From the human T2T-CHM13v2.0 reference genome, Homo sapiens: DNA of 64,000 nucleotides. The first letter of the stretch is position 1; each line of letters opens with the position of its first letter. The notes beneath the pieces are model-generated. The model did not search any database. It had not been told where the DNA came from and saw only the letters and a program-made list of their open reading frames with translations. Both the position numbers and the translations under genes were made by a program. The stretch lies in the NCBI RefSeq assembly GCF_009914755.1, contig NC_060925.1; one strand, 5' to 3'. This document shows, piece by piece, positions 14,030 to 26,767 of the stretch.

Positions 14030-14530
14030 TTATTCCATCTCTCACACATCAAGTGGTTTTGTAAAGTATAAATCTTTTTACTCTTCAGCTTAAAGTCCTT
14101 TGGTGTCTTTAGGATATAATCCAAACCTTTACAACTGGTATCAAGGCTGCTGATGATCTATGCTTGGCTCCCTTTTGTACTTTCTCCACACTTGAACCTT
14201 ACCTGCAGTTCTATAAATGGGTTATGTCTCTTCACCCTCAACCCCAACTGAGGCCTGGTAAGTTTCTACATATTCTACACTTACTTGAGATGCCATACTT
14301 TCTGGAACACCTTACCTGATTTGCCTTTCCTGAGAGTGGTGCCTGTCCTATTTGCTTCCTTAGAATGCTAGGTTTAGTCTTTCAGAACATTCTTAATCTG
14401 TTTGCTCAGCCCTACAAAACTGTAAGTGCCTTGAGGGCAGGGACTGAGTTTTCTCTCTCTAGTACATAGTATAATACCTGGCTAAATAACAGTTATTCCA
14501 GAAATTTCTTGAGGAATAAACAAGTAAATA
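14030..14530 (+). mobile_element. L2 3' fragment
   Basis: CTGTAAGTGCCTTGAGGGCAGGGACTG...ACCTGGC...AATAAACAAGTAAAT L2 terminus. Confidence 0.6.
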
Positions 14531-15304
14531 ACTGAGTACAGTTTGGGGTTAAGAGACAATAGAGGGTTCAGGTTATTAACTATGCCATTTTTATGGATTT
14601 TAATTGCTCTGTCAAATAAGTGGTAATATTGGATAATACCCAAGAATTACTTGGATTAGGTCAGTTTATTGGATACTTGTCATTCACCACTTCATATATT
14701 GTTATTCCTGGGCAATACTTTCACTTAAGCTTCACTGTTGTTGTTTTTTATCCCAACCCCTCCTACTCTCATCCTGGTCTGGGCCCTTTTCCTAACTCAA
14801 TCATGTTCTCTTGATTTATATTCTTGGTATTCTCAGCTGACTGCTTGTCAAAGTCTACTTTCAGGGGTTCATTTATTCTAAAGTGTAAGTAAGATTTCCG
14901 TCCAGGGACTATTTTGTCCCAGAGAGCTACATTTTAATATAAGACCAAATTTTATTGAAAAGGAATGAGAGACCCCTCCTGTGTCCCAAGTCATACATTC
15001 ATCAATATATAAGACTTAAGACAAGAGATGGATTTGAGATTATGGAAGATATATGTCTATTTCTACATATATACATATCTACTTAAAAATGCCTTTTAGG
15101 TATTAAATGTTCCTTTTCTCTTTCCCAACTACGGCACCCTGTGGATTTTAAATACATTCTTAAGTGCTATCACCCACTTGATGGTAGTGAAGCTATAAAA
15201 GACCTAAAAGCAATCAACTTGATAATGTACTCTTATATTGGCTATCCTTTCTTCCTTACTTCATTACCTCTACCCCTCATACCTGTACCCTGGGGTCACA
15301 TTCC

Positions 15305-17470
15305 AGACCATCTCTAGTCAGACTAGAAAACCCCATGATTCATAGAGTACTGGGCAGAGTATACAGAAGGGCCTTTTCTCAGTAGTGGAAATACTTAGCC
15401 ATAGACTGAATACTGCTTTGGTTTCACCTAACAATTTTTAAAAGAAAGCCCTAAGAGGATCAAACTGTTTCTAAGCAACTTAATTCTGTCCCAGAATAAA
15501 GTCCTAGCGTATTGATAGGAATACAGAGATATCCTTGTTATCCTAACAAGGTTAAAATTCACAGTGTCTGATAGGTAGTCAAGGATTATGAGGCTTGAAA
15601 AGATGCAAGAAAATACAATCCATAACAAGTAGGAGTACTGACCAATTGAAACTGATCCAGAACTGACACAGATATTAAAATGACCAAATGCACACATTGA
15701 AGTTATTATAACTGTGTTCTATTTATACACTTAAAAGGAGAAAAGGAAGACATAAAAAAGATCCAAATTAAACGTCAAGAGTTGAAAACTACAATGCCTG
15801 AGATGAAAAATATATTGGATGAGGCAATTGGCAGATTGAATAGGGAGAAGTCAAGGTTAACGAACTTGAAGAAATAGTTATGGAAACTATAAAAAATGAA
15901 GCATAGTGACAAAAGAAAAAAATAATTTTTTTAAAATTAAGAGAGCATCAGTGAACTGTGGAAGAACTTTAAGTAGCTTCATATATGTGTTAATTGGGGC
16001 CCCTAAAGGAAAGGAGGTTGAAGACAGAAAAAATAATGGCCCCAAATGTCCAAATTTGATGAAAACAGATGGAAGAAGTACAAGAAATATGAGGGCAGCC
16101 ACATCAATGCACATCATAATCAAACTGCTCAAAAACAGTAACAATAAAAAAACTCTTAAAAACATACATGGTTTATATAGAACAAGTAAGTACAAAGATG
16201 ATAGAGATTATCTTTTTATTGGAAACAATACAAGCAAGAAGACAAATGAAAGTACTGAAAGAAAAACAAAAAACCTGTCTACCTAGAATTCTTTACTCAG
16301 CAAAAAAAAAAAGAAAAAACTCTTTGAAAAACAAAAGTGAAATAAAAACTTTTCCAGACATACAAAAGTGAAAGAATTTGTCTCTAGTCGAACTGCATTA
16401 CTGAAATTATTAAAGAAAGTCTCTTAGTGAGAAGGAAAGTGATATCAGATGGGAATCTGGATCTACACAAAGAAATGAACAGCACAAAAAATGGTAACTA
16501 CCTGGGTAAATATGCTACATTTTTCTTATTTAGATTCATTAAAAGATAACTGACTCCTTATGCAAAAAAATCAATATAATGTGGGATTTAAAATATAGTA
16601 ATATGCAATAAAAATGGATGACAAAAATAGTAAAAAAGTCAGGAGGGGAGAAATGGAAGTATACTAATCTAAGGTTCTTATACATGAAGTGGTATAACAC
16701 TACATGAAGAAAGGCTGGTAAATTAAAGATGTATACTATAAACTGTAAAGCAACCACTAAAAGAGTTTTAGCTAATAAGCTAGCAATGGAAATAAAATGG
16801 AATCATAAAATATTCAAAAAGAAGGCAAAAAAAAAAAAAGGAACAAAGAATAGATGGAAGAAATAGAAAACACATAGCATGGTGGCAGATTTAAACTCAA
16901 CCATATCCATAATCACATTGAGTGTAAAACATCTAAGAGCACAAATGAAAAGGCAGAGATTATTAGCCTGGATGAAAAAGCAAGACCCAATTTTAGGGTG
17001 ACTACCTAAAATATACTTTAAATATAAAGAAAAAAATAAGTTAAAGGTGAAAGGATAGAAAATGATACACCATGCAACACTAATCAAAAGAAAGTTGCAG
17101 TGTTAATATCAGACAAAGTATATTTTGGAACAAATAATACTACCAGGGACAATGAAGGCAACTTCATAATGATAAAGGCGTCAATTCATGTCCATTATGT
17201 CAAAAGGACATAATAATCCTATGTGCTTATGTAACTAACCACAGAGCTTCAAATACATGAAGCTAAAACTCATAGAACTGCAAGAAGAAATACACAAATC
17301 CACAATTGTCGTCAGATATTTCAATACCACTCTCAAAAACTGATAGAACAAATAGGCAGAAATCAGTAAGGATATAGAAGATTGGAACATTATTAAACAA
17401 CTTGACCTAATTAACATTTATAGAACATTCCACCCAACAGCATTCTTTTCAAGTGCACATGGAACATTTA
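15305..17470 (+). mobile_element. Old L1M element: 5' region, decayed ORF1 and start of ORF2 endonuclease
   Basis: A-rich sense strand; ORF1-like remnants (HIIIKLLK in the 15906 ORF) and EN-region motifs (TAATATCAGACAAAGTA, CATTCTTTTCAAGTGCACATGGAACATT); many stops. Confidence 0.8.
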
Positions 17471-17479
17471 TAGATCATT

Positions 17480-17640
17480 TAATCCTTATTAGGTGGGTGC
17501 TATCATTATTCCCATTTACAGCTGAGTAAACACAGGTCTGAAAAAGTTTGGTAACCTTCTTGAAGGTCACACAGTTAAATGTCACAGCTGGGCTTTCAAC
17601 CCAGGGTATCTGACCCAGAACTCTTAATCACTAGGCTCTG
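17480..17640 (-). mobile_element. MIR
   Basis: ATTATTCCCATTTACAGCTGAGTAAAC...AAGGTCACACAG...TTCAACCCAGG. Confidence 0.7.
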
Positions 17641-19000
17641 TGGCCTCCCTTGAGCACCTGGAATAGCTCAGGTCTCTAAGACTTAGAATGAAATCCTTTT
17701 TAAATAAACAACGGAATGGGAGACTCAAATAGCATTCTCTAAATACTGCTTGAGAAGGAAGTACCTTCCCCCTTTCCTCTCATATTCCCACTCAGCCCAA
17801 ATGGCCTGTCTGCTTCCTTTAAGTGACATGACTTATAGGTATCATAAACTCGGGTTCCACAGCCGCTGGGACTGAAAGAGAAGACAGTTGTAGATTACAA
17901 AAGGTTGGTGGGAGCTAACTCTTCCTCAGGCTGCATCTCCGTTGGGTGGGCGGTCTAATATACATCCAAACAGAGATCAAGATGCCTGTTTGCCCCTCTT
18001 TAAATGCTGGGATCTGGACAACAACTCCTTTTCCAGGAAGGAAATGCGTTTTTATTAAAATGACATAAAGAATCCTTAGTTCATGGTAGACTTTCTTTGC
18101 TTATCCTCTTATCTCTGTTATTAGTACTATAACGTATATAGCAATCACAACACGGAAAAACGTTGGCATGTCTTCCAGGGTGAGGTTTCCTTCTTGACTG
18201 GCAAGAAAATGCCATAGAGGGGAGCACCTTTCCAATAGATCTTTGGCTGAGACCTGAGGCATGACTGTTCCAGGGGAGGAAATCTGAAACGGGGATATTA
18301 TTCTGCCTTACTATGCTGAGCGTAGGATTCAAACTGCTCAGCAAATGTGAATCTTGATAATACAATTAAAAAATCAATTTTCTCTTTAATATGAATTTTA
18401 TGTCTCATCTTTCCCCACACCTCTCTCGCCCCTCCTCCTTGTCCTTTCTACGGGGCTTCCATCCTGTATTCACATTCCCCTCTACAGTTAGTGACTACCT
18501 AGTTCTTGTCTCTCATTTCCCTCAGCAGCCCCTTTCCTCTTCCTGGGCTTCTTGCCCCTTCAGCGTTGTCCTCCCTTCCTTCCCTGCAGTCCAGAGTCTC
18601 AGAGGAGATCAAAGAGCGATAGTGTGGCTGCCTCGCAGCTGAGAGAATTTTCCAGCTCCCCCTCCTGGCTGGGCCGAGTTGTGGGCTGAGAGGCAGGAGG
18701 CTGGGCTGGGGCGTCTTGACTTTTGGGGGGAATTAGGAAAGAGGTGTCTAAAGCCGCGTTGTACACAATAGAAAAACAAAATTCCCTTTGTGCTAGTGTG
18801 GTGTCCCTCGGTTTGGGTCTTTGCCACACATTCTTGAAAGCCATTGTTTACACTAGCGTTTTGCAGGTTAGGAACGGTGCCGGTGGGAACCGAGCTGACA
18901 CCGTAAGCGCTTCCCTGGGACTGAATTGACCCTACAATCAGTGGAGGGAAAAGTCACCCTCCGGGGGGGCCTCCAGAGCAAAGGAGGGAGGACGGCAACT

Positions 19001-19010
19001 GGCCAATCAG
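19001..19010 (+). promoter_or_regulatory. CCAAT box (NF-Y consensus)
   Basis: GGCCAATCAG matches RRCCAATSR at the canonical -60 to -100 distance from the inferred TSS. Confidence 0.7.
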
Positions 19011-19167
19011 GAGGCGAGGCCGAGCCAGGCTTCCCCTCGTCGCTCGTGAGCTGCAAACAGTGGAAAGTTGGGAACCTCAGTCGCTGGCCCAGGCGGAGAG
19101 CAGCGGCGGCGGCGAGGGCAGCGGGATTCGGGCCGCGGCGCCGCAGGCTCAGAGCTGCCCCCGGGGC

Positions 19168-19227
19168 ATGGACCCGACGCGCCGCCCGCACTCCGCCACA
19201 GGCTGTCCAGGGCCCGCGGGCAGATAG
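19168..19227 (+). other. uORF1, 19 aa (MDPTRRPHSATGCPGPAGR*)
   Basis: GGCATGG strong Kozak context; TAG at 19225-19227; ATG is exactly 300 nt before the main ATG (same frame). Confidence 0.65.
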
Positions 19228-19369
19228 CAGTCCAGGAGGAAGCCGCATCCAGACAAAAGCTGCCGCATCCCTGCCCTGCCCAACCCCTGGAGGGATTCGA
19301 GTTTGGTGCTTGTCCCCGTCTGATTCTCAGCGCCAAACTTTTTGCTAGTTCAGAGATTCCAAGAGTCTG

Positions 19370-19408
19370 ATGAGTTACTCTGAGAGGAAACCCTCTGCCT
19401 GTTGTTGA
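19370..19408 (+). other. uORF2, 12 aa (MSYSERKPSACC*)
   Basis: CTGATGA weak context; TGA at 19406-19408; out of frame with and 59 nt upstream of the main ATG. Confidence 0.5.
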
Positions 19409-19467
19409 GGAGGACTGAGCACAGTGCTTAGGCGCTGAGGGGGAAAAAGAGGGGGAAAAAAAAGAAA

Positions 19468-19735
19468 ATGATTTCCTGGGAAGTTGTCCATACAGTATTC
19501 CTGTTTGCTCTTCTTTATTCTTCCCTAGCTCAAGATGCGAGCCCCCAGTCAGAGATCAGAGCTGAGGAAATTCCCGAGGGGGCCTCCACGTTGGCTTTTG
19601 TGTTTGATGTGACTGGTTCTATGTATGATGATTTAGTTCAGGTGATTGAAGGGGCTTCCAAAATTTTGGAGACGTCTTTGAAAAGACCTAAAAGACCTCT
19701 TTTCAACTTTGCGTTGGTGCCTTTCCATGATCCAG
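19468..19735 (+). CDS. HMCN1: Hemicentin-1 (fibulin-6), first coding exon: signal peptide plus N-terminal part of the VWA domain (partial CDS, phase-1 intron follows)
   Basis: Translation [21 protein letters not shown]|[68 protein letters not shown] is the recognisable HMCN1 N-terminus: hydrophobic signal peptide and VWA beta-strand LAFVFD with MIDAS-like DVTGS. It ends at a strong donor CAG|GTAAGG (GT at 19736-19737); 268 coding nt. Confidence 0.97.
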
Positions 19736-21831
19736 GTAAGGGAAATATTTATACTTTGTCTTTGCTATGTCTCATGATTACATTATTTCTCATGCTGTGA
19801 ATGAAATTGTTTGTCAGGAAGTTTCAAAACCATTTTAAAAAAATGTGCAGCTGAAAATAGTTGTAACAAAGAATTACTTGCTGGCGTCTGGGTTTGCTCA
19901 TTGATACCTACTTAAGTCTCAGCCCTGGTGGAGATGGCTTGTTTAGGGAACTTGTACTGTGGTCCTCAAACCTGGAAATGTGGAGTTACGAAAAACAAAA
20001 CCAAAAATCTTGGGCAACGACATCAAAATCACTTAACTCACTTAGATTTTAGAACTAAAGCATGTTTAATTACGAAGGCAGACTTGGACACGAATTTATA
20101 GCAGCGAAGCTCTAGGGGCTAACATCCAGATTGAAAGCACACTCTGAGGGTAACTCTCATTTAAGAGGGGAAAAAACCTGTTGTGTGAGACACAAGGAAG
20201 CCTGTAAGTAGTAACTACTAGTGGAACTGAAGACATGAAAAGAAAAGAGAGAAACCAATCATTTCTTAACTGAATCTATTCATCTTTGCACCAGGGCATC
20301 ATTAGATAGGTTCACAGATGGGTATAAACATTACATCCATGTCTCCTGCGGTAGAATTGCTTGTAATTCGGAATGTCTGTGCTTTTTAAAGGTAGTTGAA
20401 GTGAAATAACTTCATTTTTGCCCTAAAGCCGTAGGTTTCAGCAGCTCCACTGTAATATGATCCTATTTACTTTTTTCAGTTTCTCTTTAAAGTAGCACCT
20501 CTCTGTGAGGCTTATAGGAGCCCCCATTGCCATAGCTGAGGGTAGCCTTGCAAGGGAAACCCTGGGGCTGGCAGTCTAATGTCCACCTGAGTTTCATTAG
20601 CACAAGTTGCTGCCCAGTTGAAGAAATGAAGCAGTGATTTCTTAACAGTCCTCCCCCACTGTTCTCCCACACTTTTCCTGCTTTTGAAATTCTCCCTTCA
20701 CTAGAAGAACTTGACACAACCTCTTCACAACGAGAGTGTGATATCGGCAATCTGAAATTCCTTCCTGTGCATTTAGCAAAAGTATATAAGTTCAAATTAT
20801 TGGTAGGTATTAAATATGGCAGGTTTTAACTATTAAACAATGGCACTGGGAGAAATTTAAAGATATATAGAACTCTCGGATTTTCATGCTCTTCACATGA
20901 TGAAAACAATCTGTACTACTCTTCTGGGATATGTAATATATATATACACACACATACACATACATACATTACATATATGTAATTACATATATTTGTAATT
21001 TCTACATTGGTTAAACATGAATATTATTTATATTTGAATAAAGAATTGAATGATTATTTACTGTGTTTACTGTCTTAGACACTTCATATGTTGTGATTTT
21101 CAATGTATTAAATGTCAAGATGCCAACTGTGATGCAGTTTGAGGTTTTTGTTATTTCGGAATACCTTGAGTATGTTTCTTCTAGATGGATGAGTCTGAAG
21201 TTAGCTAAAAAATGAAGTGAAATTTTGTTTTTTCTCTAACACCACGATTTGCTTTTCACCAAAGAACTCTTATGAAATTATATTGCTGTAAACAGAATAC
21301 AAAAATTGCCTCAAGTTATACATGGATACCGGACTATCCTGATATTTTGAAGTGATATGAAAACTTATTGGAATGAATTGTATTGTGGTGCCCTGCCTTT
21401 CAATTGTTACCAAATGGGAGAGTTTGCTCTTTGCTGTAGTTGACTTTCCTGTAGTTTAGCAATCATGATTTAAAGTTGGGGAAACTTGACATGCTAATAA
21501 CAGATGACTGAATAAGTTAGAGCTTTTCTGAATCCAGTAATATGAGAAAATGGTTAACTAATTTAAATTGGTTTCATAAACTTAATTGTGTGTATAATTC
21601 AACAGAATTATTAATTCTGTTTACATTGTGATTCAAAGTAGAAGTGGCCAAATATTCATGTTATCTAAAGCTATTTAAAATATTTTTGAAAATAAAGAGA
21701 GAAATTGAAGTTTAAACATACTGTTAACTTTAGTATTCACTTTACTAGATTGTAGTACTTTATTTGTGTGATATTTTTCCTCTGTAGGTGTGTGTGTATA
21801 ATCATTAAGAGTTTTTGGCCTCTTTGTAGTT

Positions 21832-22123
21832 TTTTTGTTGTTGTTTATTTTTTTTTTTTTGAAACAGGGTCTCACTCTGGCACCCAGGCTGGAGTGCAGT
21901 AGCACTATCATGGCTCACTGCAGACTCAACCTCCTAGGCTCAAGCAGTCCTCTCACTTCAGCCTCCCGAGTAGCTGGGACAACAGGCACATGCCACATCT
22001 GACTAATTATTTTTTTCATAGAGACAGGGGTTCCACTATGTTGCCCGGGCTAGTCTTGAACTCCTGGCCTCAAGTGATTGTGCTGCCTTGGCCTCCCAAA
22101 GTGCTGGGATTACAGGCAGGAGC
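21832..22123 (-). mobile_element. Alu (AluJ-like)
   Basis: Poly-T then GAAACAGGGTCTCACTCTG...ATCATGGCTCACTGCAG...CCCAAAGTGCTGGGATTACAGGC. Confidence 0.93.
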
Positions 22124-22814
22124 ATCTTGGAATGACAGGAAGGACCTTAAATGGGAATTGGCTGTCTTAGTGAGTGACATTAGAAAACTATATTTACTTT
22201 CTGAATCTTAGTATCCTCAACTATATAAATTGAGAGAATTCTATGTGAATATCTCTTAAGGTCTCTTCTAATGTGACAGTTAATGACTCTTTTACATATG
22301 GTTGTTTTCATAGTGCCTAACACATATTCCTATGGTTGGGTGACACAACCAACATGGAAAGAAATAATGTATAGAATTTAATATGATTATATTAATAATC
22401 TTGAATGTTTATAAGCCCTTTGACATCTATCGCATTTAGCTAGATGAAATAATGGATGAATTCTGGGATATATTCTATGTCTTTTGATATAAACCTTTAG
22501 ATATTTGCAGATGATTGCTTTGGAGCCCTGCATTACAGTTTGGGGCAAGGTGTGTATTTGCAGATGGAGTAAATTTAAAACACATGGAACACATAGGTAG
22601 TGGAGGCAGGGTGTCTAACAAGTTGAAAATGAGATAAGACCATTCAGAATATGTGCATGTAAGAAGCGCTGTGTTGAACTAGCAGCACATGTGTCTAGAG
22701 TAGGAGGAGGTACCAGAGATGAACGGGGGTCATGGAAAGGCGAGCCAACCTTTTGATTTTGATGTTAACGGTGGTTAAGATGGATTTTCCACTTTCACAA
22801 TCACACTTAATGTA

Positions 22815-23405
22815 TTTATTTTTAATGGTTTTATTGAGATGTAATCCCCTTACCATACAATTCATCCACTTAAAGTGTACAATTTGATGCTTTTCAGTAT
22901 ATTCACAGATAGGTGCAAATGTTGCCACAGTCCATTGTAGAACATCTTCATTACCTCAAAAACAAATCCTGCACCCTTCAGCTTTCAGTCTCCTATACCC
23001 CAATCATCTTCCCCTCAGTCCTAAGCAGCCACTAATCTATTTTTTTGCTTCTATAGATTTTTCTGTTCTGGACTTTTATACAAGTAGAGTCATATTCTAT
23101 AAGGTCTTTCATGACTGGCTTCTTTCACTTTAGCATAACATTTTCAAGGTTCATCCATGTTGTAGCATGTATTAGTACTTCATTCCTCTTTTTATGGCCA
23201 AATAATATTCCATTGTATGATATACCACATTTTGTTTATCTGTTAGTCCATGATGGATATACCTGGCAGTGGAATTGCTGGGTCATAGTAACTCTATGTT
23301 TAACTGTTTGAGAAACTGCCAAGCTGTTTTCCAAAGCAGCTGTACCATTTTATATTCCCACCAGCGCTGTGTGAGGGTTCCGATTTCTTTCCAACCTCCT
23401 CAATA
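22815..23405 (-). mobile_element. L1MB-type 3' end
   Basis: TTTATTGAGATGTAAT...TTAAAGTGTACAATT...TTCAAGGTTCATCCATGTTGTAGCATGT. Confidence 0.8.
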
Positions 23406-23550
23406 CACTACTATTATTATTATTTGAAAATTTCAAAAGTTCTTTATTATAGCACATAGATTTATAAAGCTCTTCTTAGAGTTAAAATAATTCAAAAAAT
23501 AGAAAGTAAACTCATTCTGGAGATTATTTTCTTTATGTAGCATACAACTT

Positions 23551-23990
23551 CTTTTTTTCCTTCCAACTTTCATTTTAGGTTCAGGGGCCATATGTGCAGG
23601 CTTGTTACATGGGTAAATTGTGTGTCACTGGGGTTTGGTGTACAAATGACTTCGTCATCCAGGTAGTGAGCATAGTACCTGATAGTTTTTCAGTCCTCAT
23701 CCTCCCCCTATCCTCTAATCTCAAGTAAGTTCCAGTGTCTGTTTGCCGCTTTGTGTACATGTGTACTCAGTGTTTAGCCCCCACTTATAAGTGAGAGCAT
23801 ATGGTATTTGGTTTTCTGTTCCTGCATTAATATGCTTAGGATAATGGACTCCAGCTGCATCCATGTCACTGAAAAGGACATGATTTCACTCTTTCTTATG
23901 GCTGTGTAGTATTCCATGGTGTATCTGTACCACAATTTCTTTGTCTAGTCCATCGTTGATGGGCATCTAGGTTGATTCCATGTCTTTGCT
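23551..23990 (-). mobile_element. Older L1PA (L1PA13-16-like) 3' end, 5'-truncated
   Basis: CAACTTTCATTTTAGGTTCAGGGG...GTTACATGGGTAAATTG...CCCACTTATAAGTGAGA...TAGTATTCCATGGTGTAT. Confidence 0.85.
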
Positions 23991-25171
23991 GGTGCAACAT
24001 GCTGTTATTGAAATTTTTGATTCTTATGTATTAATTTTTACTGTGCTTTTTACATAGCACTCAAAATATATTCCTCCCTTCCTTGAAATACAACATTGAG
24101 GAGGGCTGATCATCTCTCTTTCACTATAGCTTCTTTTATCACTCACTCTCTTATATCCCCTCCTCTCTTTAAGGCAGGTACCAGAGACAGGAGGAGAGGG
24201 AGCAGGACAGTGTGTTTTAATGAGTTACTTCATAGAAAGAAAACTCTTTTTTCTTCTCTTTCACAATTGTGTCTCCACTTTCTTCCCAGGATATCTTACA
24301 TGAGTCTCCATGCATTCATTCATTCACTCACCTATATGTTTCAGACCTTGCTTCACATAAAAGGGCGTAAAACAGATAAAAGCGCCTGCATTCATGGAGC
24401 TTACATTCTATTGCAGGGGTGGGGAGTGACACAGGCAAAAAAGAAAACAATTAAAATATATATGGTATTTTTGATGATGATAATTGGTATGGAGAAAATA
24501 AAAAGCAGGAAAAGGGATGGGGAGTTTGAGGTGGATTGAAGGTGTTGGAATTTTAAATTCGGTCATTAGGGAAGTCCTCAGTTGAAAAGTCACATTTGAT
24601 CAAAGACTTGAAGGAGGTGAGGGAGGGAGAAATGAGGATATTTATGGAAAGAATGTTACAGGTGGAGAAAAAATAAATGAAAAACTCTCCTGATAAGAGC
24701 ATCCTGACATGTTCAGGGAACAGTGAAAAGACCAGAGAGTCTGGAACACAATGAGTGATAGGAAGAAGTTAGAGGGTGAAGTCAGAAATATGGTTGAGTC
24801 ATTTCAGGAAAGGGCTCGTAGTCCATTATGACTTTGGCTTTTACTCTGAGTGAGATGGGTTGGCATTTTAGGGTTCTGAACATAGAAGTGACGTGATCTG
24901 ACTTATGCATCTACATAATCATTCTGTTGTTTGAGAATAGTCTGAAGCAGAACAAGGGCAGAAACAGGGAGAATAGACAGGACACTATTGTATAATTCAG
25001 ACAAAAGAACATGGTATATCTTGCATGAAGTTGGTGGCTGTGGGAGGTGTGAGAAATAATTGGATTTTCTGTATATTTTGAAGATGAAACCAAAAGGATT
25101 TAATGAACTGGATGTGAGGTCTTAGAAAAATAAAGAAGACAAGACAGGTTCTGAGGATTTGGCTTGACTGA

Positions 25172-25964
<793 letters not shown>

Positions 25965-26554
25965 AGTAAATAGAAGCATAGCATGGCCTTTCACTGAGAT
26001 GGAGAAGAATGAGCAAGAAGCAGGTTTGATAAAGGGTGGTAGGATGAAGTTTTGATTTTTAGGTGTTAAAGTCTGAGATGCCTTTTGATACTCAAGTAGA
26101 GATAAGAAGATAGTTGGATATGTGAGATTTAAGTTCAAGGGGAGATGTCTTGGGATCCAAAGACATACATATAGATGGTATTTAGGACAATTAGACTAAA
26201 TGAGACCATTAAGGGAGACTGACTATAAATGGAGAAGAGAAGAGGTCTGAGGACCTAGCCCTGGGACTCCAATGTTTAGCAATCAGAGAGATGAGGATGA
26301 ATCAGCAAAGCAGCCCACGAAATTGAACTCAGGATAGGAGGAGAAGAGTATGTTATCCTAGAAGTCAAGAAACTGTTTCAAGGAAGAACTAATTGGTCAC
26401 TTAAAAGGAGGATCAAGAATTGGCTAATCAGTTTAGCAATGTGGAAGTCATTGGTGACTCAACAAGAATAGTTTCACGGAGGAGATGGGAGTGAAAGCCT
26501 GTTTGGAGAGAATTCAAAGAGAATGGGAAAAGAGGATTTGGAAATCTTTGTAAT

Positions 26555-26767
26555 TATATTGCCGTGTCCAACTACTGGAACAGTTGCTTTGTTCATGAGG
26601 CTAAAACTGAACTTAGTTTTGACAAACTATTCAACTAGTATTTTATGAAATACAAATATAAATATATTGCTGTGTCCAACTACCGGAATGGTTGCTTTGA
26701 TCATAGGGCTAAAATTGAGCTTAGTTTGATAAACGATTCAACAAGTATTTTATGAATACAAATAAAA
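26555..26767. repeat. Diverged 2-copy tandem duplication, 108-bp period
   Basis: TATATTGCYGTGTCCAACTACYGGAA... starts at 26555 and 26663; roughly 85% identical by manual alignment. Confidence 0.9.

Larger units (their letters stand above)
18850..19340. promoter_or_regulatory. CpG island / HMCN1 promoter
   Basis: Sharp rise in GC and CpG density (e.g. GCAGCGGCGGCGGCG, GGGCCGCGGCGCCGC) in an otherwise CpG-depleted window, directly upstream of the first coding exon. Confidence 0.9.
19079..19467 (+). other. HMCN1: HMCN1 exon 1 5' UTR (TSS approximate)
   Basis: GC-rich leader between an initiator-like CTCAGT (A at 19079, ~72 nt after the CCAAT box) and the ATG. The exact TSS is inferred, not observed. 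Confidence 0.65.

Noticed and set aside
18868-19370. Four overlapping 100-140 aa Arg/Ala/Gly/Pro-rich ORFs on both strands
   Set aside because: Expected stop-codon depletion in a CpG island; mostly non-ATG starts and no recognisable domain.
19468-19800. 110-aa ORF as a standalone gene
   Set aside because: Strong donor at 19736 and HMCN1 identity show it is exon 1 read into the intron; kept only as a speculative isoform.
26555-26767. CRISPR-like or other prokaryotic repeat-spacer array, or a novel defence system
   Set aside because: Only two long diverged copies with no spacers; the window is primate intronic/intergenic DNA with no operon-like ORFs.
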